Of a stretch of DNA of 64,000 bases, positions 45,223-55,394 are shown piece by piece; the stretch's first letter is position 1, and every line of letters begins with the position of its first letter. The DNA is taken from assembly GCA_965197585.1 (NCBI GenBank), contig OZ240215.1:480001-544000 (forward strand), read 5' to 3'. This DNA comes from Dehalococcoidia bacterium (GTDB lineage Bacteria; Chloroflexota; Dehalococcoidia; Plut-88900). The translations under genes were made by a program, and so were the position numbers. The notes under the pieces are model-generated. The model did not search any database. It saw only the letters and a program-made list of their open reading frames with translations, and was not told the origin of the DNA.

Positions 45223-46293
45223 ATGGTAACGGCTGAAACACAGACGGCTGAACGGAGCAGAATCAGCTTCGTCCAGTCCATCAACGAAGCAATAGCTCAG
45301 GAGATGGAGCGAGACCCGTCGGTCATAGTGATCGGGGAGGACGTGGCGGGTGCGCCGGGCAAGAAAGACCAGGGATTCGAAGATGCGTGGGGAGGTGTGT
45401 TTAAGCTGACGAAGGGCCTGATCGGTAAGTTCGGTTCACAGAGGGTGCTGGACGCACCTATCTCGGAGACCGGCTTCATCGGGGCGGGGGTCGGGGCGGC
45501 AGCCACGGGCCTGCGGCCGATCGTGGAGTTGATGTTCGTCGGTTTCTACGGAGTCTGTGCCGACCAGATCACCAACAACGCCGCGAAGATGCACTATATG
45601 TTCGGCGGAAAAGTGACCCTGCCCATCACCATTATTACGAACATTGGAACGGGGGCAGGAGCAGCGGCTCAGCATTCGGAGAGCCTTTACTCGATTTTTG
45701 CCCATTTCCCCGGTTTGAAGTGCGTAGTCCCGTCGGACGCATACACGGCCAAGGGCCTGATGACCGCTGCCATACGGGACGACGACCCGGTCATGATCTT
45801 CCTCCACAAACTGCTCCTTGGCAGGACTCGGGCCGGCCTTCGACCCTCCGAGGAGTGGGTCGTGCCCGAAGAGTCCTACATCGTGCCGATAGGTAAGGCG
45901 AATGTGGCTCGAGAGGGTGACGATATTACTATGGTCGGGATCGGGTACACGACGGGCTTGTGCCTGCAGGCCGCCGACATCCTTGAACGGCAGGGTGTTA
46001 ACGCCGAGGTGATAGACCTGCTTTCCCTCTCGCCGATGGACGAAGAGGCGATACTGAAGTCGGTCAAGAAGACTCGCCGGATACTGATCGCTGACGAGGA
46101 CTATCCTCGGTGCTCCGTGGCGACCGACATCTCCGCCCTTGTAGGTGAGAAGGCCTTCGACTATCTGGACGCACCGCCGAGAAGAGTGTGCCCGCCTCAT
46201 TCCCCAGTGCCTTATAGCATCATGTTGGAGCGCCTCTTTGCCCCGACCAAGGAAAAAATATTAGAGGCTGCGGTTGAGGTCCTGGAGGCATAA
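45223..46293 (+). CDS. TPP-dependent dehydrogenase E1 beta, copy 1
   Basis: GEDV, PISETGF, AAQHSE, PGLKCVVPS, FDYLDAP. Confidence 0.93.
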   Translation: MVTAETQTAERSRISFVQSINEAIAQEMERDPSVIVIGEDVAGAPGKKDQGFEDAWGGVFKLTKGLIGKFGSQRVLDAPISETGFIGAGVGAAATGLRPIVELMFVGFYGVCADQITNNAAKMHYMFGGKVTLPITIITNIGTGAGAAAQHSESLYSIFAHFPGLKCVVPSDAYTAKGLMTAAIRDDDPVMIFLHKLLLGRTRAGLRPSEEWVVPEESYIVPIGKANVAREGDDITMVGIGYTTGLCLQAADILERQGVNAEVIDLLSLSPMDEEAILKSVKKTRRILIADEDYPRCSVATDISALVGEKAFDYLDAPPRRVCPPHSPVPYSIMLERLFAPTKEKILEAAVEVLEA

Positions 46294-47354
46294 TGACATC
46301 TTCCAGCGTTAAATCCGACCGGCGGATCAGCTACCTGAGGGCTCTCAACGAGACCCTTGACCAGGAGATGGGTCGAGATCCCTCCGTGATCTTTATGGGG
46401 GAGGATGTAGCGGGCGGTGCGGGCAAGGAGGACCAAGGCATAATAGACGCCTGGGGCGGTGCTTTTGGGTATTCTAAAAGGCTGATCACCAAGTACGGTT
46501 CCGAAAGAGTGCGGGACACACCAATCTCCGAGACGGGATTCATCGGTGCGGCGGTGGGCATGGCGGCTACGGGCCTCCGGCCCATAGCTGAGCTTATGTT
46601 CGTCGGATTCTTCGGTGTCTGCGCCGACCAGATAACCAACAACGCAGCCAAGATGCACTACATGTTCGGGGGTAAGGTGACGCTGCCTCTGACTATTCTG
46701 ACTAGCATCGGCATCCGAGGCGGGCAGGCGGCTCAGCACTCGGAGACGCTGTATTCGGTGTTCACTCACTTCCCGGGCCTTAAGTGCGTGGTACCGTCGG
46801 ACCCGTACACCGCAAAAGGCCTGCTAGCGGCCTCGATACGGGACGATGACCCGGTTATCTACTTCATCCACAAGCGGCTAATGAGCAGCCAAGGCTTCGA
46901 TTTCGAGCCCCTCAGAGGGTCTGGTGTGCCGGAAGAACCGTACATCGTGCCGATAGGCAAGGCGGACGTGGTGAAGGAAGGGACGGATGTAACCATAGTC
47001 GGGATTGGTCACACTACCGCGGTGGGCATGGCCGCCGCCGGGGAATTGGACAAGGCAGGTGTGAGCGCCGAAGTTGTGGATGTGCTTTCTCTGTCGCCGC
47101 TGGACGAAGACACGCTATTGTCCTCGGTGCAGAAGACGCGGCGGGTAATTATCGTAGACGAGGACTATCCACGCTGCGGCATATCCGGCGATATCTCGGC
47201 CCTGGTTATAGAGCAGGCCTTTGACTATTTGGACGCTCCGCCGGTTAGGCTGACTCCGCCCCACGCCCCGATCCCCTATAGCCGGGCCTTGGAAAGCCTC
47301 TACAACCCCTCAAAAGAAGCCATCGTCGAGGCGGCCAAAGCGTTGATGGAGTAG
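46293..47354 (+). CDS. TPP-dependent dehydrogenase E1 beta, copy 2
   Basis: Same motifs as copy 1; TAATG coupling at 46291-46295. Confidence 0.93.
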   Translation: MTSSSVKSDRRISYLRALNETLDQEMGRDPSVIFMGEDVAGGAGKEDQGIIDAWGGAFGYSKRLITKYGSERVRDTPISETGFIGAAVGMAATGLRPIAELMFVGFFGVCADQITNNAAKMHYMFGGKVTLPLTILTSIGIRGGQAAQHSETLYSVFTHFPGLKCVVPSDPYTAKGLLAASIRDDDPVIYFIHKRLMSSQGFDFEPLRGSGVPEEPYIVPIGKADVVKEGTDVTIVGIGHTTAVGMAAAGELDKAGVSAEVVDVLSLSPLDEDTLLSSVQKTRRVIIVDEDYPRCGISGDISALVIEQAFDYLDAPPVRLTPPHAPIPYSRALESLYNPSKEAIVEAAKALME

Positions 47355-47381
47355 CCCCGGACTCCGGGTGTAGAGAGATAT

Positions 47382-48578
47382 ATGGCGACCCCCATCCGAA
47401 TGCCCCAGCTCGGGATGATTATGACCGAGGGAACTCTTGCCAAATGGCACAAGGGTCCCGGCTCCACCGTCCAGCAGGGTGAGCCTCTTGCCGAGATCAC
47501 CACGGAGAAAATCTCCTATGAGCTTGAAGCTCCTGAATCGGGCATCTTTCATCCCGTGGTCAACGAGGGCGACATAGTCCCCATTGAGGAACTCATCGCC
47601 CATATTCTGAAAGAAGGGGAGCCCGTCCCCGAGGCCCCTGCCCCGAAACCTGTTGACGTAATTGCAACCGCGGCGTCTACCACCACAACGCGCGGTACCC
47701 GGACTCAGGTTAGCGGGGACGTAAGGGCAGCGCCCAGCGCCCGCAAACTCGCGGCTAAGCTGGGAATAGATATTGCCCTGGTTCCACCGGCCCGGCCGGG
47801 AGGTCGTATCGTAGAGGCTGACGTTAAAACCTACGCCGAGGGACAGGCGTCGGCGCCTTCACCTAAGAAGGACGAAAAGGCGGTGTTACCCTCCGGCCTG
47901 CCGACTCCTTCCAGAATCGTACCCCTAGCCGGCATACGGAAGGCCATCGCCACCAACATGCGCCGAAGCGTGTCCAACGCGGCGCAACTTTCTTTCCACC
48001 TGGACGTGGACATGACACAGGCCACGGCCCTCCGCCGAGAGCATTCCCGAGGAAGCGATGTTCCTCTCTCGGCGACAGACATCATCATGAAGGCCTGCGC
48101 CGAAGCCCTGCTCAAGAACCCACAGCTCAACACTGTTCTCTCGGACGGCAAGGTGTACTACTTCGACCAAGTCGATATTGGACTAGCTGTAGCACTCAAT
48201 GAGGGATTGGTTGTTCCCGTCATCAAGAACGTGCAGGCAAAGACAGTTGCAGAGCTCGCATCCGAGAGAAAAGGCATATCCAGTCGGGCCCGGGAAGGCA
48301 AGCTAAAGGCCGACGAAATGACCGGCGGCACATTCACTCTCACGGTTCTCGGCACTGTTGACGGGTTCACACCCCTTCTCAACCCGGGCCGGAGCGCGAT
48401 CCTGGGAGTAGGCAGAGTCGCTAAAAAGGCTGTAGTCGTCGGAGATGAGATAGTCGCGAGAGAGACGGCGACGCTGAGCCTGACCGTCGATCACCAGGTC
48501 GTGGATGGGGCACCGGCTTCTGCCTTCTTGCGCCGGTTGAAGCAGTTGATCGAGCACCCGGAGGCGCTGTTTAAGTAA
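47382..48578 (+). CDS. Dihydrolipoamide acyltransferase E2
   Basis: Lipoyl domain (EITTEKI), peripheral-subunit-binding AAPSARKLA, catalytic DHQVVDG. Confidence 0.92.
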   Translation: MATPIRMPQLGMIMTEGTLAKWHKGPGSTVQQGEPLAEITTEKISYELEAPESGIFHPVVNEGDIVPIEELIAHILKEGEPVPEAPAPKPVDVIATAASTTTTRGTRTQVSGDVRAAPSARKLAAKLGIDIALVPPARPGGRIVEADVKTYAEGQASAPSPKKDEKAVLPSGLPTPSRIVPLAGIRKAIATNMRRSVSNAAQLSFHLDVDMTQATALRREHSRGSDVPLSATDIIMKACAEALLKNPQLNTVLSDGKVYYFDQVDIGLAVALNEGLVVPVIKNVQAKTVAELASERKGISSRAREGKLKADEMTGGTFTLTVLGTVDGFTPLLNPGRSAILGVGRVAKKAVVVGDEIVARETATLSLTVDHQVVDGAPASAFLRRLKQLIEHPEALFK

Positions 48579-48604
48579 CGGGTGTCCGGCGTTGAGAGCG
48601 TCGG

Positions 48605-50551
48605 TTATGCTTTGTGCTTCGTAAGGGCCTCGGCGAGCCCCGACACCTCGTGGATACCCTGTTTTACCGACGCTGACGACCCTGCCAAGTCATCTCCAAT
48701 TTCCTCGAACCGGCCCCCGAGGTGCTGTGACAGAAACGCCTCGGCAATGGCGTAGAAAGAGAGCCTGTTTTCGGGCCGGGCGAAACCATGCCCTTCGTCG
48801 GGATACAGAACGTACGTCACGGGTATATTCCGTTCGCCCATGGCTTGAACGATCTGCGCAGACTCTGCCTCCGTGACACGGGGGTCATTGGCGCCTTGGC
48901 CTATCAGCAAAGGTCTCATAATGCGGTCAACGTAGCTGAGAGGTGACCTCTCCTGGAGCAAGGCTCGGCCCTCGGGAGTCCTATGGTCCCCGACGCGGCT
49001 GGTGAATAGCTCTATCATCGGCTGCCAATATGGTGGAAACGACTCCAGAAGCGTTATCAGGTTGGATGGGCCGACGATGTCGACTGCACACGCGAAAACA
49101 TCAGGCGTAATCGTCAGACTGGCCAACGCTGCGTAGCCACCGTAACTGCCTCCCATCACGGCAAACTTCTCGGGATCGGCTACCCCGGAATCAATGGCCC
49201 AGTTCACCGCGTCGAGCAGGTCGTCGTGCATCTTGCGGCCCCACTCCATGTTGCCCGCGTTGATGAAGTTCTTGCCCAGGCCGGTCGAGCCGCGGAAGTT
49301 GACTACCAGTGCTGCGTAGCCCCGGTTAGCGAGCCATTGGGAATGGGGATCGTATCCCCAGTCAGCCCGAGCCCAGGGCCCTCCGTGTACTAGCAGCACG
49401 GTGGGAAGGGGCTGGGTGGGGAATCGGGGGTCCTTTCCCTGACTCTCTGCCGGCAGGGTGTAGTAGCTCACCAGGTCTAGCCCATCCCTGGATTTAATGA
49501 TCACCGGCTGCATCTTGGCGAGAGGCACCGTATCCAGTTCGGCATTGTTCGAAAACAGATATTCAAGTTGTCGGGTGGAGCGGTGGTAGACGTGGTACTT
49601 GACCGGGCCATCATCCAACATGTAGGCCACTATCCACATGTCGTCCTTCAGCGTCCTGCTCACTACTTCGACGTCACCATCCTCCTTTGACTTGAGAAAA
49701 TTCAAGTCCTCGGACACCGACTCAGCCAGAACATGCCATTCTTTTCTCTGGTGGGTGAAAGCGACGGCCTCAATGGCATTGGTCACAGGGTGGATCATGG
49801 CGTCGCTCACATCTGCCAGTTCGGTCTCTGCGATGACCGTCTCGACGCCGGTGTCGAGGTCTATGGAGGCCATAGCTGCCGTGTTGCGGCGCCGGGAGTC
49901 GATCAGATGGAGCGTACTACCGGACTTGTCGAAACCCACTGGAGTTGTTGTGAGCGCATCCTCCATGCCCACCTGCATGAAGGTATCCCACCCGCCCCGC
50001 CCGTCCGCTTCGAACACCTCGCTGCCGCCGTCGGGAGTCATCACCGTTCCGAATCTCACACGATAGTCATCGTCTATCCGAAACTCAGCGAAGCGGTCGT
50101 TGTGCTGGAGCAATGTTCTCTTACCCGTGTGTAGGTCGATCCTGTGCAGGTCGTGGTACTGGGGATTGCGGTCGTTCAGCCCGACAACTATATCGTCTGG
50201 ATGATCAGAACTGATTCCCACGATCTGTGCTTGAACATTCTCCAATGGCGTGAGGTCATGGACTTCTCGAGATTCGAGTTCCACGGTGTAGATGCGCCAG
50301 TTCTCGTCTCCTTCTTTGTCCTGAAGGTAGATTACGTGGCGGTTGGTAAAGGCCCAGAAGTAGAGCCTGATTCCCCGGCCGGAGTCTCGCGTCAGCGGCT
50401 TGGCTGCCACAGGGTCCGACGCTGGGCCGACCCATACGTTAAGGACTCCCTCGACAGGCGCCAGAAAAGCTATATTTTGGCCATCAGGGCTTAGACGCGG
50501 CGAAGCCTTATCCGGGTTGCCGAACAACACCTTGCGAGGTATGAGAGGCAT
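48605..50551 (-). CDS. S9 family (prolyl oligopeptidase/acylaminoacyl) peptidase
   Basis: HGGPW, GGSYGG, GANDPRV, DEGHG. Confidence 0.93.
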   Translation of the reverse strand: MPLIPRKVLFGNPDKASPRLSPDGQNIAFLAPVEGVLNVWVGPASDPVAAKPLTRDSGRGIRLYFWAFTNRHVIYLQDKEGDENWRIYTVELESREVHDLTPLENVQAQIVGISSDHPDDIVVGLNDRNPQYHDLHRIDLHTGKRTLLQHNDRFAEFRIDDDYRVRFGTVMTPDGGSEVFEADGRGGWDTFMQVGMEDALTTTPVGFDKSGSTLHLIDSRRRNTAAMASIDLDTGVETVIAETELADVSDAMIHPVTNAIEAVAFTHQRKEWHVLAESVSEDLNFLKSKEDGDVEVVSRTLKDDMWIVAYMLDDGPVKYHVYHRSTRQLEYLFSNNAELDTVPLAKMQPVIIKSRDGLDLVSYYTLPAESQGKDPRFPTQPLPTVLLVHGGPWARADWGYDPHSQWLANRGYAALVVNFRGSTGLGKNFINAGNMEWGRKMHDDLLDAVNWAIDSGVADPEKFAVMGGSYGGYAALASLTITPDVFACAVDIVGPSNLITLLESFPPYWQPMIELFTSRVGDHRTPEGRALLQERSPLSYVDRIMRPLLIGQGANDPRVTEAESAQIVQAMGERNIPVTYVLYPDEGHGFARPENRLSFYAIAEAFLSQHLGGRFEEIGDDLAGSSASVKQGIHEVSGLAEALTKHKA

Positions 50552-50578
50552 CACCAAACGTTTTCCACCATGTGTGGC

Positions 50579-51385
50579 CTACGTACGCGGCCTGACCCAG
50601 GACTCGGACCAGGCCAGGCAGGCCGTGGTGGATGGAGTGCCGTCGCGCTGGGCGGTCTGGGCATTGCCGGACGCATACTCACCGTTGATCACCACTTGGG
50701 CCCGACGGGCAGGAGTCATGATGCTGTAGACGCCGTGGCTTCGGCCCCCAGTCCCGGGCGGGGAGTGGATCGCGAAGGGGGTCATGGTGTCATACCACGT
50801 GAGGGCTATGTCCTCATCTCGAGATTCGATGCGCTCCGTGGAATAGGACCGGACGTCGCCTTCCCGCTCGAATTCCGCCTCAATGATACGCACTGAAGTA
50901 TCGGAGAAAGGCGGATTGATCATGGATTCGATCTCTTCTTGCAACCACCGTGCCAGTGCTACGTTGTCGGAGTATGCGACTACCTTGTCATCGGTAAGGT
51001 CCGAACGCATGAATAGTGCGTGGCCCGGGCCTGCTGGAGAGAAAAGGACCCGCCAGTGGCTGATCACCGTAGTGAAATCAGCGCCCTCGGAGGGTGCCAG
51101 GCGGATGAAGGAGTTCTCACCCGTGACACGGACTTCGTTAGGATCGACCACCGAGTCGGACTTTCCACGTTTAGCCTTGTCGAGTAGCTTCTCTTCACCC
51201 TTGGTCGTGAGGAATTTTATGGGCGTTGGGATAAGCCTCCGGCCCTTTCTTTTGAAAGTGCCTACTATCCTGTTTTCACCCAACAGTTTCGATATTCGGG
51301 CTACGCTGTAGCCTGTGGATTCGGCGGCTTCTTTAACGGTCATGGCGCCCTTGGGGGGCACAAACCTGGATCTTCTCTTAGCCAT
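50579..51385 (-). CDS. Hypothetical protein: N-terminal excisionase/MerR-like HTH fused to an uncharacterised domain
   Basis: MTVKEAAESTGYSVARISKLL...G.F.RKGRRLIP followed by a ~190-aa globular domain. Confidence 0.6.
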   Translation of the reverse strand: MAKRRSRFVPPKGAMTVKEAAESTGYSVARISKLLGENRIVGTFKRKGRRLIPTPIKFLTTKGEEKLLDKAKRGKSDSVVDPNEVRVTGENSFIRLAPSEGADFTTVISHWRVLFSPAGPGHALFMRSDLTDDKVVAYSDNVALARWLQEEIESMINPPFSDTSVRIIEAEFEREGDVRSYSTERIESRDEDIALTWYDTMTPFAIHSPPGTGGRSHGVYSIMTPARRAQVVINGEYASGNAQTAQRDGTPSTTACLAWSESWVRPRT

Positions 51386-51633
51386 TTTCGATCCTTTCTA
51401 TGCTTCCAGTCCCCACGGGACGCCCAGTTCTTTTTGTGGGCACGGAGTACTCGGGAACGTCCATTCAATATTAATACTATTGTAACAGGTCGATTTAATA
51501 GGGCAAAACCGGGCCTAGTTTTAGCGTTTTCATGCCGCCCCTTCACCTCTTGGCTGGTTGATGAAGCACAAAAGCGTGTACAATTGCATAAGATGGCCTA
51601 TGCAGCCGTAAGCAAGTTAGGGGGAGGAGTCGC

Positions 51634-52218
51634 ATGGCTACAAGCAGTTACATTCTGGACCAGTTCGTGTACGACATTAAGGAACTCCAGTCTAAGGGCG
51701 TTGATGAATCGGCAGTGCTGGATAAAGGCTCTTCTTTCCTGGAGAGGTTGATTAACAACCCGAACTGCATACCTCAGGAGTATCGGGTCCCTTCCAGCAA
51801 GGGTGGCGGTCGGATTCACGGCTCGTACCTTCTCCACCGCTCAGACAGCCTGCTGGTCTCTGCGGAGGTGTGGGGCCCGGGCGACCATGTCGACCCTCAT
51901 GACCACCACGTCTGGGGCATGATAGGAGTCCTGGACAACACGCTGAACGAGATCCGGTTCCGGTGGCACTCCGACGAAGATCGACCCGGCTTCGGGCGAT
52001 TGGAGAAAGACCGGGACGCATTGTCCAAGCCAGGCGAGGTTAGCCTGCTCATCCCCGGCATCGACGAAATACACCAGATCGACAATCCAGATTCCCGGCC
52101 CACGGTGGAAATCCACGTCTACGGTCAGGACCTGAGCAACATCGAGCGGTGCCGCTTCGATATGGCGACCGGTGCCAAAGTCGACTTCCAGAGCAAGTCG
52201 AAGTACGACAACGAATAG
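51634..52218 (+). CDS. Cysteine/thiol dioxygenase family (cupin)
   Basis: WGPG..VDPHDHHVWG, EIHQIDN, EIHVYG (3-His cupin). Confidence 0.85.
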   Translation: MATSSYILDQFVYDIKELQSKGVDESAVLDKGSSFLERLINNPNCIPQEYRVPSSKGGGRIHGSYLLHRSDSLLVSAEVWGPGDHVDPHDHHVWGMIGVLDNTLNEIRFRWHSDEDRPGFGRLEKDRDALSKPGEVSLLIPGIDEIHQIDNPDSRPTVEIHVYGQDLSNIERCRFDMATGAKVDFQSKSKYDNE

Positions 52219-52245
52219 CCGGTCTGCCGTATCTGCACATTCTCA

Positions 52246-53835
52246 ATGCCAGAGATGCCCAAAATCACTGCCTCTGAAGAGCTTGCATCCCTGCTGGATC
52301 AAGGCGCTCCCATCGCCCTGTTGGACGTGCGTGAGCACGGAGAATACAACCTCGCCCACATCCCAGGCGCCTGCCCACTTCCACGACGGCTCATTGAGTA
52401 CCGGCTCCCTCGCCTTGTACCCAATAGGGCGACCAGGATTGTAGTCTGCGATGACGATGGCAGGAGAGCAGCGTTGGCCCTTGGCACGGTGGAACGTATG
52501 AGATATGCGAATGGGTCGGTGTTGGAGGGTGGGATCAACCGCTGGACATCCCTCGGTTACGGGTCCGAGTGGGGTGTCAACGTTCTGAGCAAAGATTTCG
52601 GAGAACGGTTGCAGGTTGAACAGCAGGTTCCGGAAATAACCGCCGAGGAGCTGGAAGGCTGGATATCCCGCGGCGAGCAGTTTGTCATGGTCGACTCCCG
52701 GACGCCGGAGGAGCATCATAATTTCTGTATTCCGGGCAGCCGCAGCCTTCCCGGTGGGGAGCTCGCTTTGCGCGTCTGGGACATGATGGATACCGAGGAT
52801 ACCCCGGTTGTAGTGCATTGTGCAGGCCGTACCCGGAGCATCGTTGGTACGGGCCTTTTGCAGCGTATGGGCGTGAAGCAAATCTACGGGCTGCGGAACG
52901 GAACGATGGGGTGGCAACTGGCGGGGTTCGACTTGGAGAAAGGGTCGGGCCGGGTGACCTTGAATGCGCCATCGGATGAGGCTTTGGGAAGGGCTGAGGC
53001 ATTCGGTCGAAGAGTGGCGGCTGAGGACGGAGTGAACTACTTGACGCCCGACGGACTGCAGAGATTGTTGTCGGAACGGCGTGACGAGAACGTCTATCTC
53101 GTGGATGTGAGAACGCGCGAAGAATTCGACGCAGGCCATATTCCGGGATTCTGGTGGCATCCGGGAGGGCAGGCCGTCCAAGAGAGCGACAACGTGGTTG
53201 GGGTGAAGGCAGGGCAGATAGTCTTTTGCTGTGACGGGATAGCTAGGGCTTCGGTGACAGGCTCCTTCTTCAGGCAGATGGGATACCCGAACGTTCACGT
53301 GGTGGAGGGCGGCACGAAGGCATGGAAGGAAGCGGGACTGGGGCTTGAGTCGGGCTCCCGCGATGCTGGACCCGCCACCTTGGAAGAGGCTCGCCGTCGT
53401 GTCTCTTCACTATCTCCGGGCGAGGTGGACAGGTTGATGGAAGGGTACGCCATAGCGCTGTTCATCGGGACGAGTGCGGAGTTCTCGCAAGGACACCCGC
53501 CGGGCAGCCGATGGGCGCCTCGGGGCTCCCTGGAGCTCCTAGTGGATGGCATGGTGCCCTCCAAGTCGACACCCGTGGTCCTTGTGAGCCCCGAGGGTCG
53601 TGAATCGATACTCGCTGGACTGGCGTTAGTGGATATGGGGTATGAAAGCGTGGCGTCGTTGGATGGAGGTACGCGGGCTTGGGTTGCGGAGGGGCATCCG
53701 TTGGAAAGAGGTCTGTCAGGAGTGATGACACCCCCGGATGATTTGGTGGCTACTGGCTCTGGGCGCAACTTCGCGGGGGCTATAGAGTATTTGAGGTGGG
53801 AGGAAGAGCTGGGGAGGAAGTACGAGCGCGACTAG
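52246..53835 (+). CDS. Multi-domain rhodanese/sulfurtransferase
   Basis: Four rhodanese repeats (DVRE..EY..AHIPGA; VVHCAGRTRS; GHIPG; LDGGTRAW). Confidence 0.9.
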   Translation: MPEMPKITASEELASLLDQGAPIALLDVREHGEYNLAHIPGACPLPRRLIEYRLPRLVPNRATRIVVCDDDGRRAALALGTVERMRYANGSVLEGGINRWTSLGYGSEWGVNVLSKDFGERLQVEQQVPEITAEELEGWISRGEQFVMVDSRTPEEHHNFCIPGSRSLPGGELALRVWDMMDTEDTPVVVHCAGRTRSIVGTGLLQRMGVKQIYGLRNGTMGWQLAGFDLEKGSGRVTLNAPSDEALGRAEAFGRRVAAEDGVNYLTPDGLQRLLSERRDENVYLVDVRTREEFDAGHIPGFWWHPGGQAVQESDNVVGVKAGQIVFCCDGIARASVTGSFFRQMGYPNVHVVEGGTKAWKEAGLGLESGSRDAGPATLEEARRRVSSLSPGEVDRLMEGYAIALFIGTSAEFSQGHPPGSRWAPRGSLELLVDGMVPSKSTPVVLVSPEGRESILAGLALVDMGYESVASLDGGTRAWVAEGHPLERGLSGVMTPPDDLVATGSGRNFAGAIEYLRWEEELGRKYERD

Positions 53836-54944
53836 CGGAATGTCAGACTGTGGATTGTGGCGTGCTCCATCGCCTCCCAGTCAACGTCCAGCCCTAGTCC
53901 CGGCTTATCTGGGGCGTAGACGTATCCATCCGCTTGGGTTCGGACGACGTCTATCATGCCGTACTCGTAAGGCTCGTATGGCATAGTCTGCTCGAAGTAG
54001 GAGCAGCTGTCGGTGGTGAGCATCAGATGGAGGTTGGCGGTCGAGTTCAGGCTGAATCCCCACGACATGATCTCGCAATTCATGCCTGCGGACTCGCTAA
54101 TCTCGACGGCCTTGCGTAAAGGAGTGATTCCCCCGAGAATCAGCGCATCCGTCCGGGACGACCGCCAGCACCCCGACTTCACCGCGCTTTCGAAAGTTGT
54201 CAGGTCCATAATCCAGTTCCCAGATGGGAGCACCGGCATCTCGATTGCCTCAGCCAAAGCTCGGTAGCCTTCGAGGTCGTAGTCTGGGAGGGGGGCCTCG
54301 AACCAGGTGAAGTCCAGGCTTTCCAGTTCCTTGGCAACCCTGATAGCCGACTCCCTGTCGTAGTTGTTCTCTGCATCCAACATGAACGAGACGTCGTCGC
54401 CGGGATGCTCCTGCCTGACAGCGCGGGCGAGGGCTGCATCCTGCTCCGGTATACACCATGTGTGGAATTTGACGGCGTTGAAGCCCTGGTCTAGCAGAGT
54501 CTCCACGAAGTCCAGATATGCGGGTACGTCATCCAGCATAGGAGTGCTCGCATAGGAAGGGATTCGGTCTCTGGTGGCTCCGATTAGCTTGTAGAGAGGC
54601 ATGCCCGCCGCCTTCCCGGCCAGGTCCCACAACGCGATGTCGATTGCGGCGAGGGCCTGGGGAGGTATCGGAAAGACCCGAGGCCAGAGGTCTCGCCGGA
54701 GGCCGTCCCGGTCCAGCGGGTCACGCCCCACGAGGATCGGGGCGAGGTGGCGCAGCGTTTCTGCGGTATAGCGGTCATAGTCGAAGGAGGTGCCGTTCCA
54801 CGCGCCACCCACGCCCTCGACTCCTTCGTCAGTGAAGATACGGACTAGGGTGTTGGTGGCGAACTGGTCGGGGAGGTCGTGGGACCAGGTAAACCGCTGG
54901 ACTTGAGGAGCGACAACTCGGACTTCGACTCGTTCTATCTTCAT
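53832..54944 (-). CDS. Mandelate racemase/muconate lactonizing enzyme (enolase superfamily)
   Basis: AAIDIALWDLAGK...PLYKLIG, MLDAE, WFEAP, PGLG. Confidence 0.88.
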   Translation of the reverse strand: MKIERVEVRVVAPQVQRFTWSHDLPDQFATNTLVRIFTDEGVEGVGGAWNGTSFDYDRYTAETLRHLAPILVGRDPLDRDGLRRDLWPRVFPIPPQALAAIDIALWDLAGKAAGMPLYKLIGATRDRIPSYASTPMLDDVPAYLDFVETLLDQGFNAVKFHTWCIPEQDAALARAVRQEHPGDDVSFMLDAENNYDRESAIRVAKELESLDFTWFEAPLPDYDLEGYRALAEAIEMPVLPSGNWIMDLTTFESAVKSGCWRSSRTDALILGGITPLRKAVEISESAGMNCEIMSWGFSLNSTANLHLMLTTDSCSYFEQTMPYEPYEYGMIDVVRTQADGYVYAPDKPGLGLDVDWEAMEHATIHSLTFR

Positions 54945-55166
54945 CTAATTGTTCGTAGCGTGACTAGCGGCAACCTCTATCTCAATGCGGCGAATTTCGG
55001 GTGTTACCGTGGCAACTGGTGTCTCGAAATGCAATTCCAATGCCTCGCGTAGATTGACAAGCGCCTCTTCTACGGAATGCCCTTGGCTGGCCACGTCCGT
55101 TTCCAGAGCCTGGGCCACGTACCAATCACCTTCTTGCCAAACGCTTGCAGAGAGCTCTTTTTTCAT
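54945..55166 (-). CDS. Orphan HicB-like antitoxin
   Basis: WQEGDWYVAQALETDVASQGHSVEEALVNLREALELHF. Confidence 0.8.
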   Translation of the reverse strand: MKKELSASVWQEGDWYVAQALETDVASQGHSVEEALVNLREALELHFETPVATVTPEIRRIEIEVAASHATNN

Positions 55167-55394
55167 GCTGAGGCACCCCTCTAATCCATGCAAATCCTAT
55201 CAGATTGCATCCTATCACATCCCATCTTGCAGAATTTGATGTAGCGTGATTCTGACAAGGTGGCTACAAGACCACTCACCATTGTCATGTGTTCTTCCAT
55301 AGACCTGTCGGTAAACTCAGTGGGTTGCACGCTTCAAACCATGGGGTTAACCTTCGATTTCGGTAAATGGCCAAGATTTAGTGAAGGAGTCCCT

